Shown: in pieces, positions 47,012 to 59,100 of the stretch | Layout of the letters: each line of letters opens with the position of its first letter | Numbering within the stretch: the first letter of the stretch is position 1 | Assembly: GCA_037439945.1 (NCBI GenBank) | Contig: JBBIVA010000004.1 | Coordinates: 1,309 to 65,308 of the forward strand | Source of the DNA: Marinilabiliaceae bacterium | GTDB taxonomy: Bacteria; Bacteroidota; Bacteroidia; Bacteroidales; Marinilabiliaceae | Length of the DNA stretch: 64,000 nucleotides | Reading direction: 5' to 3' | Notes under the pieces: model-generated | The model's database searches: none | Told to the model about the DNA's origin: nothing | The model's input: the letters and a program-made list of their open reading frames with translations, nothing else | Translations under genes and position numbers: made by a program

Positions 47012-50000
47012 TTAGAAACTCAAATTCATACCAAATACAATAGACCTGCTCCTTGGATATGCGGAATAATCAACACCCGGGGTTAACGGGGTTCTCCTGC
47101 GGGTAGAAACTTCCGGATCAAAACCACTGTAATTTGTCCAAACAAAAACATTATACCCACTCACATAGAACCTTAGATTTTGAATATTTGCCTTTTTTAC
47201 TAAATCTTTGGGCAGGGTATAACCCAATGTTAAAGTATTCAAACGTAGGAATGATCCATCTTCAACAGCCCAGTCAGAAAACACAAATCGGCTCATAAAT
47301 GGCGACCACATAGTTGTATTTGCATTCATTTCCTCCAATTGGGCAGGATCGTTAGATATGGTACCATTGGGCAGGAGGTTTGTCCATCTTTTACCGTCTG
47401 CCATAACTGTAATCATGTTGCGCGAGTGATACTTACTGCTTGATGTATACTCAATTTTATTGGCATTATAAACATCATTTCCATAACTCCAGTTAAAGGC
47501 AGCTGAAAGGTCAAAACCATAAACCCTGCCATTTAAAACCATACCTCCTGTATGCAGGGGATTGGCATCACCAATAATTGTTCTGTCAGAAGTATTTACA
47601 AGGTTATCACCTTCAGTAGTGTTAACTAATTTTAATGTTCCTGGTCGAAGTGTACCAACTATCGGCCGGCTATCAGTAACTCCCTGACTTAAAACCCATG
47701 CTCCGTTAATATATCCGTCAAAATCGGATACTTCATATCGGCCTGCCGTTTTGTAACCATACATTTTACCTACTGAACCTCCTGTTGCTACCCAATAATC
47801 GGCACCTATTTCAGTTGATGCCCACCCTGATTCAGATGAAAAATTATTCATCAACCCCAAGGATTTAATTTCATTACGGTTAAATCCAATATTGGCAGAA
47901 ATATTTAACCCATAATTAGGTTTGTCCATGGCTACCCAGTTAATAGTTGCTTCAATACCCTTATTTTGAGTTTTACCCATATTACGGTATTGATTATCAT
48001 ATCCGGTTCCTGGAACGGGGAATAAAATCAGGAGGTCTTTAGTATTGTTTATATAACCTTCAAAACTACCATTTAATTTACCTCCTAGAGTGGTAAAATC
48101 GAGCCCTACATTCCTTGTAATTGTAGTTTCCCATTTTAAATCAGGGTTTGCCATCGTTTTACTTGCAGCCCAAAAACTATTATACCCATTTACCCATGTA
48201 GTCTCCCTTACTTCAAGAGATTGGGTTAACTGACCCGATGGTATATTATTATTACCGGCAGTACCATAACTAAAGCGTAACTTTAAATCATCCAGCCAAT
48301 TTTTTGTTGATTCCATAAAAGGCTCCGAAGAAACGCGCCAGGCAGCAGCAGCCGATGGAAAATAGCCCCATCTGTTCCCCTCTGAGAATTTTGATGACCC
48401 ATCTGCACGGAAAGTTCCGCTTATTAAATATTTTCCTCTAAAATCGTAATTAAAACGACTGAAGAATGAAAACAAAATATCATCGGGATATAAAAAATTA
48501 TCAATAGAATTTGCTTTTCCCTGTGCTGAAAGTTTGGATGCATCAGCAAATGTAAATGTTTTAGGAAAACCATGAACTGTAGTTGAATGAATTTCCTGTG
48601 TTCGTATAATATATTCTTGTCCCAACAACATATTTAATTTATGATCTTTTGAAATTAGCTTCTTGAAATCATAAGCCATTGTGTTTGTGTTACGTATTGA
48701 TTCACGGGTCAATTTATTAAAAATAATGGCCGGTAAGCCCTGATTTTCAGCAGCAGGTTTATTCCTTACATAATAAGTAGTTGTTCCATAAAAACGGTCG
48801 TCATTATTTCTATAATCGTCCAATCCAACTTCTGTTTTCAATTTCAAATTACTTATAATTTCCCATGCTACACTACCACTTAGATTATAAGATATACGTT
48901 TTTGAAACCTGTCGTTATCTGATAAGGCAACCAAAGGATGGTAAAGTGCAAAATCAGGGTCGGTATCTCCAGTATCAGTTAATCCTGAAACCGGGAAGGG
49001 AGGATATATCATTGCAAATTTCAAACGTGAATCAGCCGAAGAAACTTCATTCTGTTCATTTGTCCCACCACCCTCAATCTGGGTATTTGAGTAACGTACT
49101 GAAAAATCAAGAGAAATCTTTTTATTTGGTTTATTTGTTAATTTCAACGTTAGATTATCACGCTTAAATCCGGACATTTGCATAATAGCTTTTTCGTCAA
49201 CATGGCTATACGTAAATGAGTATTGGTTTTTTTCAGTACCCCCGGTTACGCTAAGGTTGTGGTTAAAAGAAAACCCCCTACGGCCAAAAACTAATTCCTG
49301 CCAGTCGTTAGGTTTAACTTCGCCGTAAAGTTCCATATCCTGAAAGTTTCCAAAAATGTTGCTGTATTCGTTAGGGCTATTATCAAGTAAAGACCTTTCA
49401 AACTGCCACTTAACATAATCACCAGGCGATAACACATCCAACTTATTTGCAAGTTTTTTATAACTTACAAAAGCATTGTAATTAACCGAAACTTTACCCT
49501 CTTTACCTTTTTTAGTGGTTATAATGATTACACCGTTTGCACCTCTTGAACCATAAATGGCCGTTGAAGATGCATCCTTCAAAACGTCAACAGATTCTAT
49601 ATCAGCAGGCGAAATGTCAGAAATTGTTTCAACAGGAAATCCATCAACGATATATAACGGAGAATTATCACCTGTGATTGACCCTCCACCACGAACACGA
49701 ATTTTTATTTCCGCATCGGGCGAACCCTCAGTTGCAGATATTTGCACCCCGGCCAATCGTCCGGTTATCGCTTCAGCTGCACTTGCAACAGGAATTGCCT
49801 GTAAAGCCTCGCCTGTAACCGAAGAAACCGAACCGGTAATATCTTTACGTTGTACTGTTCCATAACCAATGGCAACAACCTCTTTCAACCCGATTGAACT
49901 TTCTTGAAGCGTTACATTTATTGTTGATTGATTACCTACTGAAGCCTCCTTTTCAGTAAATCCAATAAATTTATAAATAAGTACCGATTGCCCTGGGTTA

Positions 50001-50212
50001 TCAACTTGTAGCTGGTAATCACCATTAATATCGGTAATAGTACCGTTGGTGGTTCCTTTTACAATTATATTAACACCCGGCAATGCTTCTCCTGTTGAAG
50101 AAAGCACCCTGCCTTTTATTAATCTGCTTTCCTGGGCGAAGGTAAGCACACTGCTTGTCCATAACCCTAAAAGCATTAAAAATCTTAAAATTTCCCTTTT
50201 TTTCATAATCAT
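47012..50212 (-). CDS. SusC/RagA family TonB-linked outer membrane protein
   Basis: 1066 aa. N-terminal carboxypeptidase-regulatory-like domain (IKGRVLSSTGEALPGVNIIVKGT), plug (IESVDVLKDASSTAIYGSRGANGVIIITTKKG), and a terminal F. Confidence 0.95.
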   Translation of the reverse strand: MIMKKREILRFLMLLGLWTSSVLTFAQESRLIKGRVLSSTGEALPGVNIIVKGTTNGTITDINGDYQLQVDNPGQSVLIYKFIGFTEKEASVGNQSTINVTLQESSIGLKEVVAIGYGTVQRKDITGSVSSVTGEALQAIPVASAAEAITGRLAGVQISATEGSPDAEIKIRVRGGGSITGDNSPLYIVDGFPVETISDISPADIESVDVLKDASSTAIYGSRGANGVIIITTKKGKEGKVSVNYNAFVSYKKLANKLDVLSPGDYVKWQFERSLLDNSPNEYSNIFGNFQDMELYGEVKPNDWQELVFGRRGFSFNHNLSVTGGTEKNQYSFTYSHVDEKAIMQMSGFKRDNLTLKLTNKPNKKISLDFSVRYSNTQIEGGGTNEQNEVSSADSRLKFAMIYPPFPVSGLTDTGDTDPDFALYHPLVALSDNDRFQKRISYNLSGSVAWEIISNLKLKTEVGLDDYRNNDDRFYGTTTYYVRNKPAAENQGLPAIIFNKLTRESIRNTNTMAYDFKKLISKDHKLNMLLGQEYIIRTQEIHSTTVHGFPKTFTFADASKLSAQGKANSIDNFLYPDDILFSFFSRFNYDFRGKYLISGTFRADGSSKFSEGNRWGYFPSAAAAWRVSSEPFMESTKNWLDDLKLRFSYGTAGNNNIPSGQLTQSLEVRETTWVNGYNSFWAASKTMANPDLKWETTITRNVGLDFTTLGGKLNGSFEGYINNTKDLLILFPVPGTGYDNQYRNMGKTQNKGIEATINWVAMDKPNYGLNISANIGFNRNEIKSLGLMNNFSSESGWASTEIGADYWVATGGSVGKMYGYKTAGRYEVSDFDGYINGAWVLSQGVTDSRPIVGTLRPGTLKLVNTTEGDNLVNTSDRTIIGDANPLHTGGMVLNGRVYGFDLSAAFNWSYGNDVYNANKIEYTSSSKYHSRNMITVMADGKRWTNLLPNGTISNDPAQLEEMNANTTMWSPFMSRFVFSDWAVEDGSFLRLNTLTLGYTLPKDLVKKANIQNLRFYVSGYNVFVWTNYSGFDPEVSTRRRTPLTPGVDYSAYPRSRSIVFGMNLSF

Positions 50213-50546
50213 TTAAAACTTTAGGTATTAACCATTAAAATAATTCTGATCTATCCTTAAAAATCATACTCCAGTGATCTAATATACTTTGTTATTAAAA
50301 AATCTATTTTAAAAAAAGTTTTAATATTTTACTTAATTGTTTTAACATCTGTTAACTTTTGCATGTGCAATTTAAGAATTTTACTTCTACTTAACCGTAG
50401 AAAAACTATCGTAATAACTGGTACAAATTGACCATAATCAATAGTAACAAATTATCACATTGCTGACTTACAATACATTACGACAAGCAGCATTATTAAG
50501 GAAACTTATAATAAACCGATTTGGGTAAAAACAAAGGAAGGTTAAT

Positions 50547-51299
50547 TCATTTCTTAAGAAATCTGCCAAGTTCTGGCAATTTAGTACGAATCTCTTTTGC
50601 TACATAATCACAAATTTTAAAACTTCCATATGCTGATAGATGAGTGTCATCGTAAATTGGTGATGTTAAATTACTGTATTCGATGGTATCAATATATAAA
50701 AACAGATTTTTTGATTTCTCTGGTCCATACTGCTCTACCATTTGTTGTGAATGATAATGTAAATCAAACAACACTACTTTTTCTTCATCAGCCACTTTTC
50801 TAACTGACTCAGGATAATCATAGTGTGTATCATAAAACCTGCCATCTTCATCAAATTTTCTTCTAACAATTGGAGTAGCCAAAATGGGGATTGCTCCTTT
50901 TTTTCGTACATCACTTACAAATTTTCTTAAATTCTGGCTGAAATCAGTTTGTGCAGCTGCATAACGTTTGGGATCCTCTGATTTGGCATCATTATGACCG
51001 AATTCAATTATAACAAAATCTCCATTATCAACTTTTGAGATTAATTTATCCCAATGTCCTTCATTAATAAAGCTTTTTGTACTTCGGCCGTTAACAGCCA
51101 AATTTTCAATTTTAACACCGCTTTTAAAATATAAAGGAAACACCTGTCCCCACCCTTTCTCAGGGTTCCCATCTCCATATGGCTTATCAGCCATGGTGGA
51201 ATTACCGGCAAGAAAAATATTAATTTGTTTTCCCTTTTGGCCTAAACTCCAGAAAATGAGCCCAGAAAATACAAGTAAAATGAACAATAGTTTTTTCAT
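50547..51299 (-). CDS. SGNH/GDSL rhamnogalacturonan acetylesterase-like (CE12)
   Basis: 250 aa. IFLAGNSTMAD, GRSTKSF, FGHND and DDTHLS blocks. Confidence 0.8.
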   Translation of the reverse strand: MKKLLFILLVFSGLIFWSLGQKGKQINIFLAGNSTMADKPYGDGNPEKGWGQVFPLYFKSGVKIENLAVNGRSTKSFINEGHWDKLISKVDNGDFVIIEFGHNDAKSEDPKRYAAAQTDFSQNLRKFVSDVRKKGAIPILATPIVRRKFDEDGRFYDTHYDYPESVRKVADEEKVVLFDLHYHSQQMVEQYGPEKSKNLFLYIDTIEYSNLTSPIYDDTHLSAYGSFKICDYVAKEIRTKLPELGRFLKK

Positions 51300-51336
51300 C
51301 CGGTAACCTAAGAAAGAATTAACGTTTAATGAACAT

Positions 51337-51382
51337 AAAAAAACAGAAACCTGTATTTAAAAATACCGGGTTTCTGTTTTTT
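51337..51382 (-). terminator. intrinsic terminator between GH28 and CE12 genes
   Basis: 9-bp arms ACAGAAACC and GGTTTCTGT, flanked by A and T runs so it could act in both directions. Confidence 0.7.
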
Positions 51383-51396
51383 CTACATTCATTATA

Positions 51397-53109
51397 TTAC
51401 TTAATTATAATTGACTCTTTTACAGCTCCGCCAACTATTAAAATTTGTGAAGAAGGGTCATTGAAATTTTTTGAGCTAACTTCAATATTATGAGTTGATT
51501 TTCCTGAAACGGCCAACCCTGGTAAACCCTCTCCCTTGAATGAAAAGCCATTTATTGATACATCCTGGCTGTTAAACAGGGTAAGGGCCGGGCCTGAGTC
51601 CTGAATAATTTTAACATTTACAAATTCAACATCCTTTACATCAATACATGTAAATCCTTTGGGTGCTTTTAACACAATATTTTCAAGTTTTACATTCTCA
51701 AGTTTCATTTCAGGTAACCCCATTAGTAATGCCGCACTTCCAAAACCATTGGCAACAACATTTTTAACAAAAATATTCCTGAAAGCAGGGGTTTCTTCAG
51801 TAACCTGAACAGCCGGAGCATCGGTTTCAATTAATCCTGAGCTACTTGTACCATCATCCAAAACAGGGGCATGACCACCATAAAACAGGTTAAACTGAAT
51901 TGGGTCAGTTGGGATATCGATCATATTTATATCTGATATATAAATATTTTCGATAACACCACCACGTCCACGGGTACTTTTAAACCTTAACCCAATATTT
52001 GTTCCCATAAATGTACAGGATGAAACATGCACGTTTTTAACACCTCCCGACATTTCGCTACCTATAACAAAACCTCCGTGTCCGGCATAAACTACATTAT
52101 TTTTTACAATTACGTTTTCAGTAGGGATATTACGTTCACGCCCTTCTTTATCGCGCCCTGATTTAAAACAAATAGCATCATCACCCACATCAAAGCTGTT
52201 GTTATAAATTACTACGTTTTTACAAGACTCCAGGTCAAGGCCATCGCCATTTTGAGAATACCACTGATTACGAACAACCAGGTTCCGTATGGTTAAATTC
52301 TCACACATTAATGGGTGCAGGTTCCATGCAGGTGAATTCTGAAAAGTTGGCCCATCCAATAAAACCTTGTTACAACTTATAAGACTAACCATAACAGGCC
52401 TAAGAAAATCCTTTATTGACATATAATCATCAAAGGTGTTTAACCTGGGGATATTGCTTCCTGATGCAATAACAAACCCTTTCAAAGCCTGTTCTGTTGG
52501 CCACCACATATCTTTTTTCTCATTTAAAACTCCTCCTCCGGTAGTTAAATTTTTCCACTGATTGGCAGTCATTTTAAATTTTTTCACAGGCCTCCACGCT
52601 TGTCCGTTACCATCAAAAACCCCTTTTCCTGTAAAGGAAATATTTTCAAGGTTTCGCCCTGATATGGGAGATTGGCACCTGTAAGTCATAATTCCCTCAA
52701 AGGTACTCTCAACCAATGGATAATCATCGAAGTTTTTACTAAACCTTACAAGGGCACCTTCCTCAAGGTGAATATTTATATTGCTTTTTAGTACAATTGG
52801 GCCAGTCATCCATAATCCGGCGGGTACAATAACTGAACCTCCACCTTTAACTGAAAGTTTCTCAATTGCTTCTGCAAAATAGGCAGTATTCATTGTAATA
52901 CCATCGCCTGCGGCTCCCAAATCAGCAATATTTATTTTGTTTGGGGGAATTACAGGTTCAATTACTTTAGGCATTTCAAACTCAATATTATTATATACCC
53001 ATGAATAATCGGTGCTGCAATTTTTAACCTGCGAGCAGGACAAAACGGCTACCCCTAACAATAACACCATCACTGATTTAAACCAATTTCCTTTTGTTGT
53101 TGCTCTCAT
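51397..53109 (-). CDS. glycoside hydrolase family 28
   Basis: 570 aa. NGDGLDLE, GDDAICFKSGRD, GHGGFVIGSE and GLRFKS motifs, with a lipoprotein signal. Confidence 0.9.
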   Translation of the reverse strand: MRATTKGNWFKSVMVLLLGVAVLSCSQVKNCSTDYSWVYNNIEFEMPKVIEPVIPPNKINIADLGAAGDGITMNTAYFAEAIEKLSVKGGGSVIVPAGLWMTGPIVLKSNINIHLEEGALVRFSKNFDDYPLVESTFEGIMTYRCQSPISGRNLENISFTGKGVFDGNGQAWRPVKKFKMTANQWKNLTTGGGVLNEKKDMWWPTEQALKGFVIASGSNIPRLNTFDDYMSIKDFLRPVMVSLISCNKVLLDGPTFQNSPAWNLHPLMCENLTIRNLVVRNQWYSQNGDGLDLESCKNVVIYNNSFDVGDDAICFKSGRDKEGRERNIPTENVIVKNNVVYAGHGGFVIGSEMSGGVKNVHVSSCTFMGTNIGLRFKSTRGRGGVIENIYISDINMIDIPTDPIQFNLFYGGHAPVLDDGTSSSGLIETDAPAVQVTEETPAFRNIFVKNVVANGFGSAALLMGLPEMKLENVKLENIVLKAPKGFTCIDVKDVEFVNVKIIQDSGPALTLFNSQDVSINGFSFKGEGLPGLAVSGKSTHNIEVSSKNFNDPSSQILIVGGAVKESIIIK

Positions 53110-53147
53110 AATAAATCATTTATCGGTTTAATTATTTTACTTAATAT

Positions 53148-54791
53148 TTATTTTACTATAGTCAATTCTTTCTTATTTGTAATCCTAAACCAATTAAAAT
53201 CGGCATAACCTGAATCATTTGTCTGGTCCATCCGTGTTGCAAACAACCCAATTTTTGCACCAATCCATCTTCCTTCCCTTGCAATAAATATATTCTCAAT
53301 TTCAATCCAATTATCACTATCCACACGGTATTGAAACTTGCATTCGGCCCCATTTTTTACAGAAACCATAAATTCAACAGAATCACCTTTAAATGGAACC
53401 GAAAACACTTCAGATTCTGCTCTTCCATTCATAGCATCCAAACATGTATTCATAACTAAATATGTTCCTGATGAGCGCTTCTCAATAAATATTGAAGCGT
53501 AATCAATACCCATAACAATTAAACCAGCCCGTTCGCCAATTAGCTTTTCGTTTGGGGTAAAAACCATCCGTGTTGAAGCATCAAACTCAGGTGCAGGCCA
53601 TTTTTGTAAAAGCAAATTTGGAACTTCCCAGAAATTTTTTGCCCCGTTGGGAATTTTTTTTGTAAACAACCGTAATGTTTTATTTTGGGTATTTATAAAC
53701 GACCAGGTATTTTTCGGATTAGCGTGCCATTGCCATTGCAAACCAATTCGTAATTCTGAGAAATCATCTGATTCAGAAGGGGTTATAATTGGAAATGTTT
53801 TGCCAATATTGGGTTTTTTATAAACAGCAACTGGTTCCCCAATTCCATCCCCATCATTATCGCTACCAATTACTGGCCATCCGTTTTTCCACTGCATGGG
53901 GTTTAAATGTACTACTCTTCCATAAGGCCCCATGTCCTGAAAATGAATAAACCAATTTTCCCCTGATTTTAGTTCTACCCAACCTCCCTGATGTGGCCCG
54001 TTAATATTTGTATTTCCCTGGTGCATAACTATCCGGTGCTCATATGGGCCATATGGTGTTTTAGCCCTAAGAGCCAACTGCCAACCATAGGTTACACCGC
54101 CTGCAGGGGCTAAAATGTAGTAATAACCATCCTTTTTATAGAATTTAGGCCCTTCAACAGTTTGATTACCGTTATGGCCATCAAAGATCATTATTCCTTC
54201 TTCAAGTAATTTAGTTCCACAAGGGCTCATTTCGGCCACAACCAAAATACTTTTTATCCCGGCCCTGCTTCCGGCATATGCATGTACCAAATATGCCTTT
54301 CCATTATCATCCCATAATGGACATGGGTCAATAAGGCCCTTTCCCTCTTTTACAAGAACCGGATTGCTCCATTTTCCCTTTGGGTCTTTTGCTTTTAACA
54401 TGTAAATCCCAAAATCGGGATCCCCATAAAATATATAATAAAAACCCTTATGAAACCTAATAGCCGGAGCCCAAACCCCATTTCCATGCTGGGGTTTCGA
54501 AAAAACATCATTTGGTAAAAGTCTTTCAATAGCATGGTTAACAAGCTGCCAGTTCACCAAATCCTTTGAATGCAAAATAGGCAAGCCTGGAATGCAATTA
54601 AAACTTGAAGCTGTCATGTAAAAGTCATTTCCAACTCTAATTACATCAGGGTCAGAATAATCAGCGTGTATAACAGGGTTTTTATACATACCATTACCCA
54701 AATCAGCACTCCATACTTCCGATATCTTGGAAACCTGAGCTTTTAGGTAAACACCCAATATCAAAAAAATTATAAGTAAAATTCTATTCAT
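53148..54791 (-). CDS. glycoside hydrolase family 43
   Basis: 547 aa. ADYSDPDVIRVGNDFYMTASSF and VWAPAIRFHKGFYYIFY, with a C-terminal beta-sandwich domain. Confidence 0.85.
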   Translation of the reverse strand: MNRILLIIFLILGVYLKAQVSKISEVWSADLGNGMYKNPVIHADYSDPDVIRVGNDFYMTASSFNCIPGLPILHSKDLVNWQLVNHAIERLLPNDVFSKPQHGNGVWAPAIRFHKGFYYIFYGDPDFGIYMLKAKDPKGKWSNPVLVKEGKGLIDPCPLWDDNGKAYLVHAYAGSRAGIKSILVVAEMSPCGTKLLEEGIMIFDGHNGNQTVEGPKFYKKDGYYYILAPAGGVTYGWQLALRAKTPYGPYEHRIVMHQGNTNINGPHQGGWVELKSGENWFIHFQDMGPYGRVVHLNPMQWKNGWPVIGSDNDGDGIGEPVAVYKKPNIGKTFPIITPSESDDFSELRIGLQWQWHANPKNTWSFINTQNKTLRLFTKKIPNGAKNFWEVPNLLLQKWPAPEFDASTRMVFTPNEKLIGERAGLIVMGIDYASIFIEKRSSGTYLVMNTCLDAMNGRAESEVFSVPFKGDSVEFMVSVKNGAECKFQYRVDSDNWIEIENIFIAREGRWIGAKIGLFATRMDQTNDSGYADFNWFRITNKKELTIVK

Positions 54792-54830
54792 TAAACACTA
54801 AACTCCTACTATTTGGTTAATTAATTATTA

Positions 54831-55823
54831 TCAGGGTTTGCAAATCCTCTCGAAAGGGTTCCAGTTGTCTTTACCCGCTAAAACTTTTTCAGGTGTATAG
54901 TTACTAATTTGGCCCTCGTTTAACTGATGTGCCCATTTTTGCCGGCTTTCATTACCGGAACCTGGACCATAGGATTTATATTCGGCATAAAAGGTTGTTG
55001 ATTCGGCTTCAGTTTTATTCCAGTTATGCCATCCAAGGGGGTGTATTATAATATCCAAAAAACAGTTTATAAACACTGTTCGCGCATGGTTTCTCCATGG
55101 GCGTCCCAAATATACAGTTTTTGGCGCAGCCGAACCTGAAATACTACAATCCCTGAAAACGAAACCGTATTCAATATCTTTTTCGGTAGATGCCGCTGTA
55201 ATGTAGCCGCTTCCTTTACTATAAATTTCACATTTTTCAAAAAATGCAGTTGCCCATCCAAATATAAAATCTACTGTACCTTCAATATAACATTTATAAT
55301 AAAACTGCCGGCTTCCTGATGTATGAGGATATAATGTATCCTGAGAGCCCAGAAACCTGCAATTTTCAAATACCACACGGTCGCCACTAACCCTCACGGC
55401 CACTGCCTGTCCAACTGCACCAGCCGAGTTCTCAAAGGTTATATTCCGGGCCGTAAAATCATCTCCAAAAACAAAAAATCCAGAAGACCCTGTAGTTCCC
55501 ATTTCTTCACCAAATCTGTTAAGTTTAGATGCAAAATCATCGTAGGTTATTACAGTTTGATCCCTGCACTCACCAATTAAGGTAACCCTTGTTTTGGAAC
55601 CAGGCAATACAATTTTCTCTTTATAAACTCCTTTTGTAATAAATATTATTGTTTCATTCTTCCTGAAATCAGGAACCGCGTTTATGGCACCCTGAACAGT
55701 TAAAAAATCACCTTTACCATTTGCGCATACAACAAAATGGGCTTTAACGGAACTATTAGCATTGTTTTGAGAAAAACAATCCTTAACAAACAGTAGTAAT
55801 AAAATAAACATTAACTGCCTCAT
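54831..55823 (-). CDS. pectinesterase (CE8)
   Basis: 330 aa. GSQDTLY, VDFIFG and YLGRPW catalytic motifs. Confidence 0.9.
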   Translation of the reverse strand: MRQLMFILLLLFVKDCFSQNNANSSVKAHFVVCANGKGDFLTVQGAINAVPDFRKNETIIFITKGVYKEKIVLPGSKTRVTLIGECRDQTVITYDDFASKLNRFGEEMGTTGSSGFFVFGDDFTARNITFENSAGAVGQAVAVRVSGDRVVFENCRFLGSQDTLYPHTSGSRQFYYKCYIEGTVDFIFGWATAFFEKCEIYSKGSGYITAASTEKDIEYGFVFRDCSISGSAAPKTVYLGRPWRNHARTVFINCFLDIIIHPLGWHNWNKTEAESTTFYAEYKSYGPGSGNESRQKWAHQLNEGQISNYTPEKVLAGKDNWNPFERICKP

Positions 55824-56183
55824 TTCAGTTTAATCCTAAAAACATTGTATTTCTATAAATTTCGTATCCGATTTTAATTATATCATGGTTTGCAAGTTAA
55901 TATACACCCTATAAATAAAAGTTGTGTAAATTATCTGAAAAAGTGTAACAAATTGTTTTTTTAAGTGTTATATAATTCATCTACTAACTGATTTTATGAA
56001 CATTGCCAAACCAATAAATTTGGTAGAGTTTTTGAAACAGCGATAAAATTTAACCCGGCTTGAATAATAATTGAAAAGGGACAAATGTAATAAGATATTA
56101 AATTTGGTAATTTTTGTATTTTCGTATTACAATGGTGTTTTTGAAAGTACCACAAGAAACTAACTATATTGTTAACTGTTAAA

Positions 56184-59100
56184 ATGTTATACAAATTATT
56201 AATTAAAAATAAAACAATTTTATCCCTTTTAACCTTCCTGGTTGAGATTGCGATACCATTTCAAATATATGGGGGGGAAATATTACGTTTCGAACATTTT
56301 AATACTCTCCGTGGGTTATCGCAAAACAGTGTTTCGTGTATACTTTGTGATTCGCAGGGTTTTTTATGGATTGGTACAAATAATGGCCTCAACCGCTACG
56401 ATGGGAACAAATTCAGGGTATTTCTGAATGAACAGGAAGGGGTACGAAATTTTACCCATAACCGAATTACCAGATTGTGGGAGGATTTACGTGGTTTTAT
56501 ATGGTTTGAAACACATGATGGTTATTACCATTTTTTTAACCCTGTTACTGAAAAATTCATATCGCTGTCGAGTACAATAGCAAAATCTGAAGAAAAACAC
56601 TACCATTTTTCAGATTATCTTCAATATTCAAAAGATGAGATTTGGTTAGGGCTCTCAGATAAAGGAGTTTTGCGGCTTGTATATGACGAAACTATTGATA
56701 ATTATAAAATTACCAGTTTCTCATCAAGGGGTATAAGTTCAATTTCAAATGACCAGGTTTCATTTGTACGAAAAGATGAAAATGGGAATATTTGGATTGG
56801 CACGGCGATGGGACTGACATTAGTTGAAAAAGAAACCCTGGCTTTACCCACACCAAGGTTTCAGCATATGTTTATCACCAATTCTTTTAAAGATTATATA
56901 GAAACAGCTTCTGAATTATGGTTTGCAACAGATGATGCTGGCATTTTAAAGTCTCAGAAACAAGGTCAACAATACACCTACATAAACACTCATAACACAC
57001 CGTCATTAAAATCAAACGACATAGTAAAATTGTTTAAGACAAAATCTGGGGCTATTTTGGTTGCAATGCGTAACAATGGTATCCAGGTGCTGAAAAAAAC
57101 AAATCAGGATTGGGTCCCGGTTTCAGTGCACGGTAACCAAATCAACCAGATTTATGAGGATAAATATGGTTTATTATGGATTACAACTGAAAACTTTGGG
57201 GTTTCAGCAGTTAACACTAAAACATGGACTACTGATTTTTACAGATTTTTCAACCCAGGTGCAGGTACGGTACCCGATTTGGAAAGACATGTGTTTTATG
57301 AAGATAAAAAAAATAACTTATGGATAGGAACTCATGAAGGTGGGTTAAATATATTTGACAGAGATAATAACAGGTTTACCCAGTATAAAAATAACCCATC
57401 AAATCCAAATTCCCTCTCATCAAACATAGTTATGGCTATTACTGAAGATCATTCGGGTCAGTTATGGGTTGGTACGGGTCAGTTGCAGGGAAGTCTTGAA
57501 AGAGTAGTTTTGAAGGAGCCGGCTTTCGAGAATTTGCTTCCCGACAGAAGAATTAATCATATTTCAGATAATATTGTAAGGGCGCTTTTTGAAGATTCTC
57601 AAAAAAGATTATGGGTAGGGACTAAAGCAGGAAGGATACATGTATATGAAAATGGTGCCCCCGTAATTGTTTTTGAACAATTGAAAACAATCAACGGTAA
57701 TGTTACAGGGATTAGCCCTTACGCTTTTCATGTTGATAAAAAAGGCTTTTTCTGGGTTGGCTCAAAAGGGAAAGGGGTATTTGTTAGCAGGCAACCTTTA
57801 AATAGTTACAAAAATTTAAATAATATAGTATTTGTTAATTATCAACAAATTGCAGGTGACAGTACTAGTTTGAGCAATAACAATGTTTATTCATTTGTTA
57901 CCGACCCAAATGGCAATTTATGGATTGGGACGTACGGAAATGGATTAAACTTGGTAACTGAAAATGAGAATAGTGAAAGAAAGTTTATTAGAATAAACAC
58001 AAATAATTCATCCTTATCAAGCGACCTGGTACGTAACCTGCTAATTGACAGAAAAAGCAGGTTGTGGATAGCCACGGGCTACGGGTTAAACCTTATTGAA
58101 AAAATACCAACAGATAACACCCAGCCAATTATAAGAAATTTTTTGTCAAGCCAGAATTCCAAAGATGGAATTAGCCTTAACGATATTATACATCTTTATG
58201 AAGATTCAAAAGGAGATATTTGGGCTGCTACATTTGGAGGCGGAATAAACAGGCTAAAAGAGCTTAATGCCGAAAAAGCAACTTTTGAAGCGTTTAACCA
58301 GTTTAATGGTCTTAGCCACAACGTTGTATATGGAATTCTTGAAGACAATGACGGTTATCTTTGGTTCAGTTCTGAAAATGGATTAAGCCGACTTAATAAA
58401 CAACATCGCTCATTTGAAGTATTTAATTCAAATAACGGTTTGAATTTTAACCCTTTTTCCGAAAACACCTGTGTTAAAAGTCACGATGGAAGATTAATGT
58501 TTGGCGGTTTCCTTGGCGTTGAAATAATTTCACCGAAAAAACTAATAACAACACCTTGGCAAAACAACATTCAACTTACTGGCTTCCAGTTATTTAACAA
58601 AGATGTTTCTATAGGATTGGGCTCTCCTCTATCAAAAAGCATATCTTTTACCGAGAAAATTACTTTAAGTAATGTTCAGTCAAGCTTTAGTTTTGAATAT
58701 TCGGCCATGGACTTACTCGATCCTGAAAAGAACCAATATTCATACAAACTTGAAAATTTTGACCCCGACTGGAACTTTGTAGGGAACCAGCGCAAAGCAA
58801 CTTTTACAAACCTTTCACCTGGTAAATATATTTTCAGGGTAAAGGCATCTAACCGGGCAGGACAATGGATGACCAACGAACGGTTTGTGCAGATTGAAAT
58901 TTTACCACCATGGTATAAAACTATTTGGGCTTTTATAATTTATTCAGGGGTTTTGGTTTTACTTTTTTTTATTGTCTTTAGAACAATTTCAAAAATTAAC
59001 CATTACAGGAATGAGTTAAAAATAGAACGTAGGGTTAATGACATGAAACTAAGGTTTTTCACCAATATATCACATGAAATTAGAACTCCGCTTACCTTAA

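Noticed and set aside
56169-56183. TTG start for the hybrid two-component regulator
   Set aside because: An ATG five codons downstream (56184) gives the usual MLYKLL... hydrophobic N-terminus. TTG starts are rare.
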